From: Eubacteriales bacterium
Lineage (GTDB): Bacteria; Bacillota; Clostridia; Oscillospirales; CAG-272
DNA length: 64,000 nt
NCBI GenBank assembly: GCA_045655185.1
Contig: JAZOOS010000026.1
Location: 9,505-73,504 of the forward strand
Direction of reading: 5' to 3'
The translations under genes were made by a program, and so were the position numbers. Positions 33,317 through 42,538 of the stretch are shown here, in pieces (position 1 is the stretch's first letter; every line of letters starts with the position of its first letter). A model generated the notes under the pieces. The model made no database searches and was not told the origin of the DNA. It worked only from the letters and a program-made list of their open reading frames with translations.

Positions 33317-33708
33317 TTAGCGTGTTATCCTTAACGGAGAACACGCAGCGATATAAATCTCTTTTGGGATTTGCGATATGTTTTGAACACCTCGCCGTAG
33401 GCGAGATATTCAAAACTCGATATTTGCTACGCAAACGATGTGCCCTGCGGGGCGTGAGGGGATTTATATCATATCGCACCGAGCATAGCACGGTATATCG
33501 CAACCGAGTGAAACGAGGTTATATCGCATTCGCACGGCGAATATATCGTCTAACGTAAAAAGAGATAACATTTCGGCTACAAACCGATCTGTTATCTCTT
33601 TCTGTCGTTATAAGGGTTTGGGCTTAGTCCAATTAGCGTTTGTCCAGACAAATGCGATGCTTGCACTTTTGTCAAAGTGTAAATTCTCCGCTAAGAACAT
33701 CACCCATT
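33317..33708. repeat. comb array (word GCGATAT / ATATCGC) plus extra hairpins, inserted in the loop of a terminator palindrome
   Basis: The left arm AAAAAGAGCAGAA (33304-33316) and right arm TTCTGCTCTTTT (33709-33722) are separated by about 390 nt. The insert begins TAGCGTGTTATCC...GGAGAACACGC and contains GCGATAT x3 followed by ATATCGCA x3. Confidence 0.8.
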
Positions 33709-33744
33709 TTCTGCTCTTTTTCTTATTTCTGTAAACAAAACTTT

Positions 33745-34794
33745 TTATTTAAAAAGCTCGGCAAGCGTATCGAGCTCCTGTTCCTCGAAGGAGCCGGGGG
33801 TGACCTTCGGGCGGGCGGTCTTGATCATCTCGCGGGCGATGGCTTCATCGATCGGGGCGGGGGTGGCGCCGAGGATGCGGTGGGCGTTGCCGCCGTAGAT
33901 CAGCTCCAGCGCTTCGGGGGGCGCGTCGATGCCACAATAGATCTTACCGACGTAATCGTTCTTCGCGTCAAGCCCCGTCTCGAAGAAGTTATGCATCATA
34001 TTGGGGCGGTGATGATAGGTCTTGCAGTTGTAGGTATCGGTTCCGAAGAGGAAGCGGTCGGCGTGCGAAAGGATGAAGGGGCGCCAGAAATCCAGCTCCT
34101 TGGTCATCGTCAGGATTTCCTGCGGCCCGGGGGTGACGTCAAGATAGGTGTTCTTGTAGGTGAAGAATTTTTCAGCACGCTCGCGGTGGTAGCTGAAAAA
34201 GCCCCAGTGCGCGATGATCAGCGTAAGATCTGGATGCTTGTCAAGGAGATGGAAGATCGAATTCTGTAAGTCGTCGAAGGTCGGCACGCTTTCGTCGCAG
34301 AACCACCCATGCTCTAAGGCGTATTTATCGATACGGGTAAGATCCCAGAATTCTTCGGGATCGCCGACGTGCATCACGATCGGGAAATTCGTTTCCTCAC
34401 AGTAGCTGTAAAGCGGGTCGAATACGGGATCGTCGATCTCTTTGCCGATCATGCGGTAGACCGAGGGCTTTCCCTCTAACATTTTCAGCCCGTCAAAGCC
34501 CGCCGCCCGATAAAGCTTGGCCTGGCGAACGAAATCGGCGGCCTGCTCTTCGTCCGAAAGCGTCTTATCATGCTCGGGGCCGGCGAGGGCGAAGGCGCGG
34601 GGGGCAAGCAGCTTCTTGTGCCCCAAGGCCTGCGCGTTTTGAATGGGGTCCATTGAAAGTCCGTGGGTCGGCAGGGAAAGCAGTGCAAGCTCCCGTACAT
34701 TGCATTCCTCGCACACCGCGTTAAGAATGCGTACCGATTCGTGAAGAGGGACCTCACAGGTAAAATGAAAATGGCTGTCAAAGACCGGTCTCAT
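33745..34794 (-). CDS. amidohydrolase-2 (PF04909-like) family protein
   Basis: ORF 33745..34881. Start MRPVFDSHFHFTCEV... Also HVGDPEEF and FLFGTDTY. Confidence 0.75.
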   Translation of the reverse strand: MRPVFDSHFHFTCEVPLHESVRILNAVCEECNVRELALLSLPTHGLSMDPIQNAQALGHKKLLAPRAFALAGPEHDKTLSDEEQAADFVRQAKLYRAAGFDGLKMLEGKPSVYRMIGKEIDDPVFDPLYSYCEETNFPIVMHVGDPEEFWDLTRIDKYALEHGWFCDESVPTFDDLQNSIFHLLDKHPDLTLIIAHWGFFSYHRERAEKFFTYKNTYLDVTPGPQEILTMTKELDFWRPFILSHADRFLFGTDTYNCKTYHHRPNMMHNFFETGLDAKNDYVGKIYCGIDAPPEALELIYGGNAHRILGATPAPIDEAIAREMIKTARPKVTPGSFEEQELDTLAELFK

Positions 34795-35015
34795 AGCGTT
34801 TCTCCTCGTTTCTTTTTCGGATACAGTATAGCATAAAGAAAGACGAAAAGGCAAGCACAAAAAGATTAAAAATAAGCACAATACTACGATTGTTGGGGAA
34901 AGGAAGGGGGAGATTCGCGCGGGCGCGCTAACTTTTTCTTGTATTTTTAAAAAGAATGTGCTATACTTTAAAAAATAATATAAAGAAAGATAAATCCCGA
35001 AAAGGGGGAATGGAT

Positions 35016-36374
35016 ATGAATATCGTTATTATCGGCGGGGGAACCGTCGGCTCGGCTGTTTGCACCCAGCTTTCCGAGGAGGGGCACAGCGTTACCCTCG
35101 TAGACAAGGACGCTTCGCTGCTTTCCGAGGTATCAAACGTTTGCGACGTATTCGGGGTCGCGGGGAACGGGGCCGACGTCTCGGTGCTTCGCCGCGCGGG
35201 GGCCGAGCGGGCGGATCTTCTTATCGCCATCACGGCAGAGGACGAGATCAACATTCTTTCCTGCATGGCGGCGCGTCGGCTCGGCGCGCACCATACCGTG
35301 GCGCGGGTACGGAATCCCGCTTACGGAGAGCTGGTTCAGATGATGCGCAAGGAAAGAAGCCTTTCCTTCACCATCAACCCCGAGTTGGCCGCGGCGCGCG
35401 AGATCTACCGCACGCTTCGCTTTCCCGCCGCCGCCAAGATCGATACCTTCTGCCGCGGCAGGGTCGAGGTAGCCGAATTTTCGCTTAGCGAGGAATGTCC
35501 GCTCGTCGGCAAATCGCTGTACGATCTGCGTAACGAAATGAACCTGCACTTCCTCGTCTGCGCCGTTATGCGCGACGGGGTTCCCTATATCCCCTCGGGT
35601 AATTTCATTTTGCGGGAGGGGGATCTTGTCAGCGTGACCGCCCCCGAAACCGAGATCGCCGCCTTTTTCCGCGCGATCGGCCTTTACAAGAACCCCGTGC
35701 GCCGCGTGCTGATCGCGGGGGGCGGGCGCGTTGCCTATTATCTGTGCGAGCTCTTGCAAAAGAGCAAGATCGACACCACGGTGATCGAAAAGGATAAAGA
35801 GCTCTGTCATCTTTTTGCCGAGCATTTTCCCGCCTGCACGGTGGTATGCGATAACTTCACCAAGCAAGAAACGCTTTTGGAAGAGGGCATTGAGTCGGCC
35901 GACGCCTTCCTCGCCCTTTCGGATATAGACGAGGAAAACGCCATCATTTCGCTTTACGCCAAGACCCGCGAGGTACCGAAGATCGTTACCCTGATCAGAA
36001 CGATTTCCTACATCGACTTCTTTAAGAGCGCGGGGCTGGAGGGCGTCATTTCCCCGAAGCTTTCGACGGCGGCGAGCCTTGTGCGCTACGTCCGCTCGAT
36101 CAACGGCGAGAGGGATTCGGAGATCGAATCGCTTTATAAGCTGTTTGACGGAAGCGTTGAGGTAACCGAATTCCTCGTGAAGGAGGAGATCGAGGACGTC
36201 ACGGGCGTGCCGTTGAAGGAGCTTCGCGCAAGAGAGGGCATTCTTATCGCTTGCATCATGCACGAAAACGACATCGTGATCCCCAAGGGCGATGACGTGA
36301 TCAGAAGCGGCGACACGGTGCTTGTCGTTTCGCTTGGCGGACAGCTGAAAAATATCGGAGATATCGTAAAATAA
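35016..36374 (+). CDS. trkA: Trk potassium uptake system NAD-binding subunit TrkA
   Basis: MNIVIIGGGTVGSAVC (Rossmann GxGxxG), a second RVLIAGGGRVAYYL repeat, and two RCK_C-like segments. Confidence 0.85.
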   Translation: MNIVIIGGGTVGSAVCTQLSEEGHSVTLVDKDASLLSEVSNVCDVFGVAGNGADVSVLRRAGAERADLLIAITAEDEINILSCMAARRLGAHHTVARVRNPAYGELVQMMRKERSLSFTINPELAAAREIYRTLRFPAAAKIDTFCRGRVEVAEFSLSEECPLVGKSLYDLRNEMNLHFLVCAVMRDGVPYIPSGNFILREGDLVSVTAPETEIAAFFRAIGLYKNPVRRVLIAGGGRVAYYLCELLQKSKIDTTVIEKDKELCHLFAEHFPACTVVCDNFTKQETLLEEGIESADAFLALSDIDEENAIISLYAKTREVPKIVTLIRTISYIDFFKSAGLEGVISPKLSTAASLVRYVRSINGERDSEIESLYKLFDGSVEVTEFLVKEEIEDVTGVPLKELRAREGILIACIMHENDIVIPKGDDVIRSGDTVLVVSLGGQLKNIGDIVK

Positions 36375-37819
36375 TGAATTACCGAATGCTTGGATACCTC
36401 TTGGGGCTTTTGCTTTTGCTGGAAGGGGCGCTGCTTTCGCTTCCCATGCTGGTATCGATCGTGTATCACGAATCCCCCTTGCCCTTCCTTTATACGATGG
36501 GGATCGTTCTTCTTGTCGGCGTCGCTCTTGTTTTGCAAAAGCCCAAGGATCACCGCATCTACGCCAAGGACGGGTTCGTTATGGTGGCGGGCGGCTGGAT
36601 CCTTTTGTCGCTTTTCGGGGCGCTTCCCTTCGTTCTCTCGGGGGCGATCCCCTCGTATGTTGACGCGCTTTTTGAAACCGTATCGGGCTTTACCACGACG
36701 GGCTCCTCAATCCTTACCGCGATCGAAGGGCTGCCGAAGGGGATCCTCTTCTGGCGCAGCTTTACGCACTGGGTCGGCGGCATGGGGGTCTTGGTGCTGG
36801 TGCTTGCCCTCTTCCCGAATGACAATCGCCGCTCTATGGTCCTTCTGCGCGCCGAGGTGCCGGGGCCGCAAAAGGGAAAGCTTGTTCCCAAGGCAAGACA
36901 GACTGCCTTGATCCTGTACGGCATCTACGTCGCCTTGACGGTTGTTGAGATGCTCGCCCTTCTTCTTTGCGGGATGCCCTTTTACGATGCGGCCGTCAAC
37001 GCGCTCGCAACGGCGGGTACGGGCGGCTTTTCGGTCTTGAACGCTTCGATCGGCGGCTACCAAAACCCCGCGGCCGAATGGGTGATCGCCACCTTTATGC
37101 TGTTTTTTGGCATCAATTTCAGCCTTTATTTCTTTATCCTTATCGGTCGCTTTCGCGATTTCTTCAAGAGCGAGGAGCTAAGGGTCTATCTTCTGCTCGT
37201 TTTCGGCGCGACGGTTCTTATCACCGTCAATACCCTTTCTCTTTCCGAAAGCTTTTCGGAATGTGTGCGCGCCGCCTTCTTCCAGGTGACGAGTATTTCC
37301 TCGACCACCGGCTTCGCCACGCTGGATTACGACGCGCTCTGGCCGGCGCTTTCCAAGGCGATCCTGGTCCTTTTGACCGTCGTCGGCGCGATGGCGGGCT
37401 CTACGTCGGGCGGTATGAAGATCTCGCGCGTGATCATTCTCTTTAAAAGCGCGATTCGTGAGATACGGCACGTGCTTCGCCCCCGCTCGGTCAATCTGAC
37501 GCGGCTGGACGGCGAGGTCTTGCGTGAAGAGACCGTGCGCGCCACGTCCGGTTATTTAACCGTTTACCTCTTGCTTCTCGTCTTCGGTACGGTCTTGCTT
37601 TCGCTTGACCCCTTCGGCAGCCTTGAAGTCAGCTTCACCGCCGCCCTTACCTCGCTCAGCAACGTGGGGCCGGGGCTTGGCGCCATCGGTCCTGCGGGGA
37701 ATTTTGCGGGCTTTTCGGTCTTATCCAAGCTTTTGCTCAGCTTTCTGATGCTGGTCGGGCGTCTTGAGATCTTCCCAATGCTGATCCTCTTTTCCCCCAC
37801 GACCTGGAAAAGACGCTAA
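36374..37819 (+). CDS. trkH: TrkH family potassium uptake membrane subunit
   Basis: 481 aa, polytopic. TTTGSS / TAGTGGF / SSTTGFA / NVGPGLG pore-loop-like repeats. Start overlaps the trkA stop. Confidence 0.85.
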   Translation: MNYRMLGYLLGLLLLLEGALLSLPMLVSIVYHESPLPFLYTMGIVLLVGVALVLQKPKDHRIYAKDGFVMVAGGWILLSLFGALPFVLSGAIPSYVDALFETVSGFTTTGSSILTAIEGLPKGILFWRSFTHWVGGMGVLVLVLALFPNDNRRSMVLLRAEVPGPQKGKLVPKARQTALILYGIYVALTVVEMLALLLCGMPFYDAAVNALATAGTGGFSVLNASIGGYQNPAAEWVIATFMLFFGINFSLYFFILIGRFRDFFKSEELRVYLLLVFGATVLITVNTLSLSESFSECVRAAFFQVTSISSTTGFATLDYDALWPALSKAILVLLTVVGAMAGSTSGGMKISRVIILFKSAIREIRHVLRPRSVNLTRLDGEVLREETVRATSGYLTVYLLLLVFGTVLLSLDPFGSLEVSFTAALTSLSNVGPGLGAIGPAGNFAGFSVLSKLLLSFLMLVGRLEIFPMLILFSPTTWKRR

Positions 37820-37865
37820 GATACCTTGCCCCGTGCAGCTATCCCCATAAAACCGAAATAAAGAA

Positions 37866-37900
37866 AGAGCCGCAGATTTTCTGCGGCTCTTTGCTTTTTT
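37866..37900 (+). terminator. intrinsic terminator
   Basis: AGAGCCGCAG-ATTTT-CTGCGGCTCT + TTGCTTTTTT. Confidence 0.7.
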
Positions 37901-37903
37901 GGT

Positions 37904-38434
37904 TTACAACGCTTCTTGTCCTATTAGATTTATAATTTTCTTTTTCTTCTTCTGTGCATAGTTGTAGGCAACGGCAGTTCCGCTTTTTGGCTGATAGTCT
38001 GTTAAATCACGCCTGCTGCTTTTTCTTTTTGGCGGAACATAATTTTCATCGAAGTACACAACGCAAAAATCCGATTTGTTTATCATTTCCCGATTGCGCT
38101 CTACGTAGGAAGCTTTGCCTGCGTTTTCCATATGTTCGGGGAAGTAAGTATCTTCATAATGTTTAAGTAAACTGACTTTATACCAATCGGGGATACGTTG
38201 AAACGCCGACCTTACGTAAATACGCTTTATGTGGGGATATTTTTCTTTCAGCTTTGTAACGGTTTTATGGCATAAGTCATCAAATTCGCTTCTGCTGCCG
38301 AAATAAAAAACGCTCACTGATTTTTCTGTTATCAAAAACTCGACCTCTCTTGTAAGCCTTGCAAGCAGCTTGGGCGTTTCATTTATCTTCCTGTGTCCAA
38401 AAAAGCAACAAGAATATCTTTTTCGTTCTTCCAT
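37904..38434 (-). CDS. SLOG superfamily protein, DUF1273/YpsA-like
   Basis: 176 aa. SCCFFGHRKI...VFYFGSRSEFDDLCHKTVTKLKEKYPHIKRIYV pattern of the DUF1273 family (from memory). The islet looks AT-rich. Confidence 0.6.
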   Translation of the reverse strand: MEERKRYSCCFFGHRKINETPKLLARLTREVEFLITEKSVSVFYFGSRSEFDDLCHKTVTKLKEKYPHIKRIYVRSAFQRIPDWYKVSLLKHYEDTYFPEHMENAGKASYVERNREMINKSDFCVVYFDENYVPPKRKSSRRDLTDYQPKSGTAVAYNYAQKKKKKIINLIGQEAL

Positions 38435-38540
38435 AGCATCACCGCAAAATATTATAGATATACAGTATATTCATTTGAAACATTATAACACATATTTTCG
38501 CTAAAATGAATACATAATATGTTTATTTTGGGGTGATTTT

Positions 38541-38741
38541 ATGGCTATTAAGAGTGTTTCGATACGGATTGAGGAAGAAATGTTAAATAAAATCGCTTAC
38601 GTTGCGGATTACGAGGGCAGAAGCGTGAACAGTCACGTTCTTGTTTTGATCCGGGAAAACATCAAAGCGTTTGAAGAAGCAAACGGGGCAATCGAAGGAA
38701 ACATAGATCCCGACGTGAATGTAAAACCTACTCGCAAGTAA
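38541..38741 (+). CDS. Arc/CopG-type ribbon-helix-helix protein
   Basis: 66 aa. SVSIRIEEEMLNKIAYVADYEGRSVNSHVLVLIRENIKAFEE (beta strand followed by two helices). Paralog at 50160..50351. Confidence 0.65.
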   Translation: MAIKSVSIRIEEEMLNKIAYVADYEGRSVNSHVLVLIRENIKAFEEANGAIEGNIDPDVNVKPTRK

Positions 38742-38776
38742 AAAAAGGTGTAGCCGCGAATGGCTACACCTTTTGT
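38742..38776. terminator. bidirectional intrinsic terminator
   Basis: AAAAAAGGTGTAGCC-GCGAA-TGGCTACACCTTTT. Confidence 0.65.
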
Positions 38777-38804
38777 GTTCTTTTTCAAATCATTGGTTGA
38801 GCGC

Positions 38805-39020
38805 TTATTTTTGTATGGCCGGATCGTCGCTGATCTCCAGAAGATAATCGACCGAAACCCCGTGAAAGGCCGAAAGCTTGATCAGAATATCAGTGGGAAT
38901 ATCCCGTTGCCCCAGCTCGTAATTGCTGTAAACCTGCTGCGAGCAATTGAGGGCGCGTGCTATGTCCTTTTGCGTCAGATCCTTGTCCTCGCGCAGATCC
39001 CGTATCCGTTTATAAACCAT
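38805..39020 (-). CDS. XRE family HTH transcriptional regulator
   Basis: 71 aa. IRDLREDKDLTQKDIARALNCSQQVYSNYELGQRDIPTDILIKLSAFHGVSVDYLLE. Confidence 0.85.
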   Translation of the reverse strand: MVYKRIRDLREDKDLTQKDIARALNCSQQVYSNYELGQRDIPTDILIKLSAFHGVSVDYLLEISDDPAIQK

Positions 39021-39058
39021 CGCGTCATCCCCCTTCTCGTTTTAAAAAATTATAACAA

Positions 39059-39103
39059 ACCGCAAAATGCAGTATTGACATTTACCGCAAATTGCAGTAG
39101 ACT
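39059..39103 (+). promoter_or_regulatory. divergent promoter with two operator-like repeats
   Basis: ACCGCAAAATGCAGTA (39059-39074) and ACCGCAAATTGCAGTA (39084-39099), 25 bp apart. TTGACA (39075-39080), 17 nt, TAGACT (39098-39103). Confidence 0.55.
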
Positions 39104-39139
39104 GTCGGTATATAATTTGTTTTTGGGAGAGGAAAACGA

Positions 39140-39418
39140 ATGGAAATTTATTTATGTGTAATTTTGTTTGACGGATTTGCGGTAGGAACTCTCCTTTGGG
39201 CTTTTATAAAAGCGGTGCTTGGGGATACGCGCTTGGCAAGGTTGCTTGCTTTGATAGGGGCGATTGGTGGGGGTTTTGCCTATTTTCGGTGGTGCATCGT
39301 GCTTCTTGTTTCCGAAGAAGTGAAAGAAATTTATTTTCGGCTCGTTTGCTTTGCCCCGGTTCTTTTTGTAATTGCGCTTTGTTTAACCGATCATCTGTTC
39401 AAAAAGGACGACGAATAG
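39140..39418 (+). CDS. hypothetical small membrane protein
   Basis: 92 aa, 3 TM segments, divergent from the XRE gene. Confidence 0.5.
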   Translation: MEIYLCVILFDGFAVGTLLWAFIKAVLGDTRLARLLALIGAIGGGFAYFRWCIVLLVSEEVKEIYFRLVCFAPVLFVIALCLTDHLFKKDDE

Positions 39419-39471
39419 CTCGAAAAAACTTTTTTCGAAGGCTTGTTTCGCGGTGGAAAAGCCGCAAAAAG

Positions 39472-39506
39472 AAAAGAGATGCGATTGCATCTCTTTTTCT
39501 TTTTTT
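39472..39506. terminator. bidirectional intrinsic terminator
   Basis: AAAAGAGATGC-GATT-GCATCTCTTTTT, flanked by A- and T-runs. Confidence 0.65.
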
Positions 39507-39509
39507 AAT

Positions 39510-40322
39510 TTACTTGTTTTGGATATGCACGTCGAGCTGGTGATAGGGGATCTTGACGCCCGCTTCGTCAAAGCGGCGCTTCACGGTTTCCAAAAGGTCG
39601 AAATGCACGGTCCAGTAGTCGGCGCTTTCCACGAAGACGCGCACCGTCAGCTTGATCGAATGTTCGCCAAGCTCGCCAAGGCGGACAAAGGGGGCGGGGT
39701 CCTTCAAGACGAGAGGGTGCTCTTGGCATACCGCCGAGGCGATCCCCTTCGCCTTTTCAAGATCGGTGTCGTAGGCGATCGAAAAGACGGCTTCCACACG
39801 GCGGGTCTTTTGCAAAGAATAATTTACGATAGTGCCCGAAGAAAGCGATCCGTTCGGGATATAGATGATCTTGTTGTCGGGCGTGCGCAGCTTGGTGTTG
39901 GTGATATGGATCTCTTCCACCGTACCCCCGAAGCCTTGCGCTTCGATATAATCGTCGATGCGGAAGGGGCGGGTAAGCAGAATAAGAACGCCGCCCGCAA
40001 GATTTGAAAGCGCGCCGTTTACGGCAAGGCCGAGCCCAACGCCCAGCGAAGCAATAAGGGCGGTAAGCCCACCCGTATCAATGCCGACGTAGCCGACGAG
40101 GCAAACGGCGACAACGATCTTCAACCCGATCCGTATGGTGTAGGATACCGTATGGCTGACGGTTTTGTCGGCGTGCTTCCTTTCGGCCGCCTTTTCGATC
40201 CGCCGTGCGAGGAAATTGATGAGCTTAAACGAGATGAAGAGAAGAATGAGCGCCACGAGAAGCTTGATTCCCGCGGTGGTTGCCCAGTTGATGACGGTGG
40301 TTAACAGAGCTTGCCAATCCAT
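39510..40322 (-). CDS. small-conductance mechanosensitive channel (MscS family)
   Basis: 270 aa. 3 TM segments, then ALSNLAGGVLILLTRPFRIDDYIE...GTVEEIHITNTKLRTPDNKIIYIPNG. Confidence 0.85.
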   Translation of the reverse strand: MDWQALLTTVINWATTAGIKLLVALILLFISFKLINFLARRIEKAAERKHADKTVSHTVSYTIRIGLKIVVAVCLVGYVGIDTGGLTALIASLGVGLGLAVNGALSNLAGGVLILLTRPFRIDDYIEAQGFGGTVEEIHITNTKLRTPDNKIIYIPNGSLSSGTIVNYSLQKTRRVEAVFSIAYDTDLEKAKGIASAVCQEHPLVLKDPAPFVRLGELGEHSIKLTVRVFVESADYWTVHFDLLETVKRRFDEAGVKIPYHQLDVHIQNK

Positions 40323-40368
40323 AGTTTTCTCCTTGCTTTTTTATTTGGAAAGCATCGCGCCACCCCTT

Positions 40369-42423
40369 TTACGGGGCTTTGTCGGTTGTCTTTTTGGCGG
40401 GGGCTTTTTGGGGCGCGGCCGTCTTTTTGGCGGTAGGCGCCGCGGTTTTGGGCGACGCTTTTTTCGCGGGCGACTTGGCCTTTGTCTTGGCAATCGCCAA
40501 AGAAGCCTCTGCCGAGGGGTTTTTCCCCCTTTGGGGGCGGGCGGCGCTTTCCTTTACGCCCCCTTTTCTCTTGGGGGCGGCCTTTTTGGTCTTTTCTTCC
40601 CCGAAGGATTCGCGGAAGGCGGTCTCAAACCCCTCTTCCATTTCCTCTATCGAAACGGGATTGGGAAGGGAGGGGCGCTTGCCTCTGCCCAGCTTCAGCT
40701 TTTGCTCAAAGCTCATGCGGATGCGGTACGCGAGCCATTCCTTTTCCATGCGAGAACGAAGCAGATCCGCCCAGAAATCGCCGCGCTTCATCGTCACCGA
40801 AAGATTATCGAGGATCCCATCGAGGATCCCTTGTCCCGGTTGCTCGGAAAGCACCATAAAGGGCTCTTTTTCGGCGTAATAAAGCTTGATGCGGCGGGCG
40901 CAGGGCAGCTCGGGAAAGATAAATTCCATTTTAAAGACGGGAAAGCCGTCGGTATCGTCGCAGAATTCCCCGCGCGCTCGCAAAAGGTAGCTTTCGCCCC
41001 GAACCGTCACCACGTTTTCGACAAAGTCCGAAAAGCCGATGCCGATGCGATAGCTTTCGTTCCCCTCTTTGATATAGGCGTAAAGCTTTTTGTCAAACAC
41101 GCCCATATGGATCGAGTGGATCCCTTGGTTTAAGCTGTTTTGCATCAGCATGACGAAAACCGGCAGAAGCCCGAAGTTGTTGGGGGCGGCGACGAAGGTG
41201 GTATTCGGCAGGGTGGAAAGGAGCTTGGGGAAGCCCCGCCCGTGCCATTCGTGGTGAGGGGCGTGATAGGGCTTGGTGAAGGTGCGGGTGGCAAAAAAGC
41301 TTTCCGCGACCCTTCTTAGGCGACGGTAGCCCCGCCGATCCTTTTTCAGCGACGGGGGGAAGGGGCGAGAGAAATACTCGCGAACGAGGGGAAGCAGATT
41401 TCCCTGCTGGTACAGCTCGCAGTTCCCGGCGTTGCAGCAAAGAACGATGCCGTTTTCGGGGCAGATCCAGATGTTTTGCCCCAGCATCCCGTTGCAAAGC
41501 AGGCTTTTGCCGTCCTCGGCCACCCAGATCTGATAGCCGTAGCTGTAAGGACCCAGCTTTTCGGGGGTCGCCTTATGCGGGCGGCACATCTCGTCGATCC
41601 ATTTTGCGGGGATCAGGCGGCGGCCCTTATACATTCCGCGCGAAAGGATCAATTCTCCAAGCTTGAGCATATCCCCGGGGGCAAGGTAAAGCCCCCAGCC
41701 ACCCTTGGTGATGCCGCGGGGGCATCTTTCCCAAACGATATCGTCGATCCCCAGGGGCTCAAAAAGGCGGGGGCGCAGATAATCGGGAAGCGATTGCTTC
41801 GTGATGCGTTCGATCACCGCCGAAAGCATATAGGAATTCATGCTGTTGTAGGCAAAGCCCGTGCCGGGGGTAAAGGTGGGGACCGCGTCGAAGAAGGAGC
41901 GGATCCAATCCTCGCTCGTGACCGAGCCTGTCTCGGCAAAAGGCACGCCGCTTGACATCGAGAGCAGGTGGCGAATCGTGATCAGCCGGCTTTTGCCGCC
42001 GTAAAGCGGAGAGAGCTTGTCGGGAAAGAGCGTATAAAGCGGGGTGTCAAGCGAAAGCTTCCCCTCGTCGAGCAAAAGCCCGACGGCAAGCCCCGTAACC
42101 GTTTTGCAGACCGAATGGGTCAGATGCCGTACGGAAAGATCGTATCCGGGGGCGGCTACCGCCAGAAAGGGCTTTCCCCATCGGCTGATCGAAAGCGTAT
42201 GAAGCGCAATGCCGCGGTCACTTTCCAAGGCCTCTAAAAAATCGCGCAAATACGAGGAAGAGAGCCCTATTTCCTCGGGGCGAACACGTACCGAGGGGGC
42301 CTCGGCTCGCTTAGCGATGCGCAGCTTTTGCGGTGTGTAGGGGATCTGCGTGCCATCGGTGCTTCCGCGCACGAAAACGCGGTACAGAAGCGAAAGCGCG
42401 CGCCGTTGTCTTCTCAGCTCCAT
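40369..42423 (-). CDS. serine hydrolase (beta-lactamase/transpeptidase-like fold) with Lys/Ala/Pro-rich tail
   Basis: 684 aa. SxxK motif THSVCKTVTG and FAYNSMNSY (YxN). The C-terminal ~80 aa is low complexity (KTKAKSPAKKASPKTAAPTAKKTAAPQKAPAKK). The true start may be internal. Confidence 0.7.
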   Translation of the reverse strand: MELRRQRRALSLLYRVFVRGSTDGTQIPYTPQKLRIAKRAEAPSVRVRPEEIGLSSSYLRDFLEALESDRGIALHTLSISRWGKPFLAVAAPGYDLSVRHLTHSVCKTVTGLAVGLLLDEGKLSLDTPLYTLFPDKLSPLYGGKSRLITIRHLLSMSSGVPFAETGSVTSEDWIRSFFDAVPTFTPGTGFAYNSMNSYMLSAVIERITKQSLPDYLRPRLFEPLGIDDIVWERCPRGITKGGWGLYLAPGDMLKLGELILSRGMYKGRRLIPAKWIDEMCRPHKATPEKLGPYSYGYQIWVAEDGKSLLCNGMLGQNIWICPENGIVLCCNAGNCELYQQGNLLPLVREYFSRPFPPSLKKDRRGYRRLRRVAESFFATRTFTKPYHAPHHEWHGRGFPKLLSTLPNTTFVAAPNNFGLLPVFVMLMQNSLNQGIHSIHMGVFDKKLYAYIKEGNESYRIGIGFSDFVENVVTVRGESYLLRARGEFCDDTDGFPVFKMEFIFPELPCARRIKLYYAEKEPFMVLSEQPGQGILDGILDNLSVTMKRGDFWADLLRSRMEKEWLAYRIRMSFEQKLKLGRGKRPSLPNPVSIEEMEEGFETAFRESFGEEKTKKAAPKRKGGVKESAARPQRGKNPSAEASLAIAKTKAKSPAKKASPKTAAPTAKKTAAPQKAPAKKTTDKAP

Positions 42424-42538
42424 TTTTTCCTCCTTCTCCTCTTTTATACAGAATTTCTCTTTACTATTATTGTATCACTGTTGTCCCGAAAAAACAAGCG
42501 ACCGAGGAAAAAATAAAAAAGCGACGGTAGTCGCTTTT

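Noticed and set aside
33322-33558. ORFs lying within repeat arrays (33322..33558, 33246..33503, 5295..5744, 5316..5552, 14484..14927, 59454..59695).
   Set aside because: They are composed of hairpin and word repeats, have no RBS, and overlap each other in several frames.
40369-40620. A separate histone-like or DNA-binding gene encoded by the Lys/Ala/Pro-rich 3' end of the serine hydrolase ORF (a similar Lys-rich tail occurs on GH2 at 10700-10944).
   Set aside because: These tails are continuous in frame with the enzyme domains and have no internal start signals. Low-complexity basic tails are best treated as tails of the same proteins.
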